The translations under genes and the position numbers were made by a program. DNA of 15,464 bases from Thermodesulfobacteriota bacterium (GTDB taxonomy: Bacteria > Desulfobacterota > Desulfobulbia > Desulfobulbales > SURF-16), in NCBI GenBank assembly GCA_039715015.1, contig JBDLIE010000059.1:1-15464 (forward strand), given 5' to 3'. Positions 14,890 to 15,464 of this stretch are shown piece after piece; the stretch's first letter is position 1; every line of letters begins with the position of its first letter. The notes below the pieces were generated by a model, which worked only from the letters and a program-made list of their open reading frames with translations, ran no database searches and had not been told where the DNA came from.

Positions 14890-15432
14890 ATGAATCTGCG
14901 CAGATTGTTTTCTCTTTCTTTGCTTTGCTCTCTCTTTGTTATCAGCACCTCTTTTGCCGAGGTTCATGCTGCTGATACAAAAATTGGTTTTATTTCAGTC
15001 CAGGCGATTCTTTTTGGCTGTAAGGATGGGCAGGTTGCAAAAAAACAGCTCATGGCCAAGCAGGAGCAGTTGCAGAAGAAGTTCGCTCCAGAAGGCGCCA
15101 AGCTTGAAGCACTCGCTAAAGAAATTGAAAAAAAACAATCTGTATGGTCTCCCGAGGTGCTTGCAAAGAAAAAACGCGATGCAACAATGATGGATCGGGA
15201 TTTGAAGATGAAGGCTGAGGATGCTCAGTACGAGATAGGTGAACTCCGGAAAAAGCTTCTTGATCCCATCATCAAAAAACTCGATATAGTTCTGAAGGAA
15301 TATGCCCAGAGCAATGCGTACACGATGATCATAGATTCTGATGTTGCGGCCCGTTCCGGCATGATTGTCTATGGTGATAATACCTTAGATTTGACGGACA
15401 TTATGATCAAGAAGATTGATACGGCGAAATAA
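14890..15432 (+). CDS. skp: OmpH/Skp family periplasmic chaperone, 180 aa
   Basis: SD AAGGAG, signal peptide, KIGFISVQAIL N-terminal strand, long coiled coil, and C-terminal YTMIID...IVYGDNTLDLTDIMIKK. Confidence 0.88.
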   Translation: MNLRRLFSLSLLCSLFVISTSFAEVHAADTKIGFISVQAILFGCKDGQVAKKQLMAKQEQLQKKFAPEGAKLEALAKEIEKKQSVWSPEVLAKKKRDATMMDRDLKMKAEDAQYEIGELRKKLLDPIIKKLDIVLKEYAQSNAYTMIIDSDVAARSGMIVYGDNTLDLTDIMIKKIDTAK

Positions 15433-15464
15433 ACCGTAACGTTTTCTGCGGAGATAAAAAAAGG

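Noticed and set aside
94..15190. The many 60-150 aa alternative-frame and antisense ORFs in the track (e.g. 94..327, 5447..5785, 14177..14410)
   Set aside because: They overlap well-supported genes or terminators and lack recognisable motifs, so they are treated as shadow ORFs. The exceptions, 11368..11571 and 11453..11689, are fragments of the macrodomain pseudogene.
1..15464. CRISPR arrays, tRNA/rRNA genes, IS elements and gene cassettes
   Set aside because: None seen by eye. The intergenic gaps are short and lack regular repeats, cloverleaf motifs, transposase ORFs or attC sites.

Overview
A bacterial chromosomal window; gene content and protein sequences suggest Desulfobacterota/Deltaproteobacteria, but this is inference only. 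The left end is the platform of a sedentary integron. It has an intact but unusually long integron integrase (441 aa) with an apparently duplicated N-terminal SAM-like domain, a candidate cassette promoter Pc (TTGACT-N17-CATAGT, minus strand) and a candidate attI whose G/TT crossover falls on the first bases of the window, so any cassette array lies outside it. intI converges on valS across a bidirectional terminator. The rest is mostly housekeeping: valS, a dGTPase-like HD protein, a signal-peptide-bearing beta-carbonic anhydrase, an ABC-F ATPase, a DUF362 protein, the PEP synthase regulatory kinase/pyrophosphorylase, an alpha-glucan phosphorylase, pal and skp/ompH. Two further elements are not evident from the ORF track: a multiply disrupted macrodomain pseudogene coupled to the phosphorylase, and a near-consensus sigma-28 promoter driving an uncharacterised 264-aa protein. 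I cannot demonstrate a wholly new system from sequence alone. The best leads are the two-SAM-domain integrase with its repeat-containing attI region, and the sigma-28-driven orphan gene.
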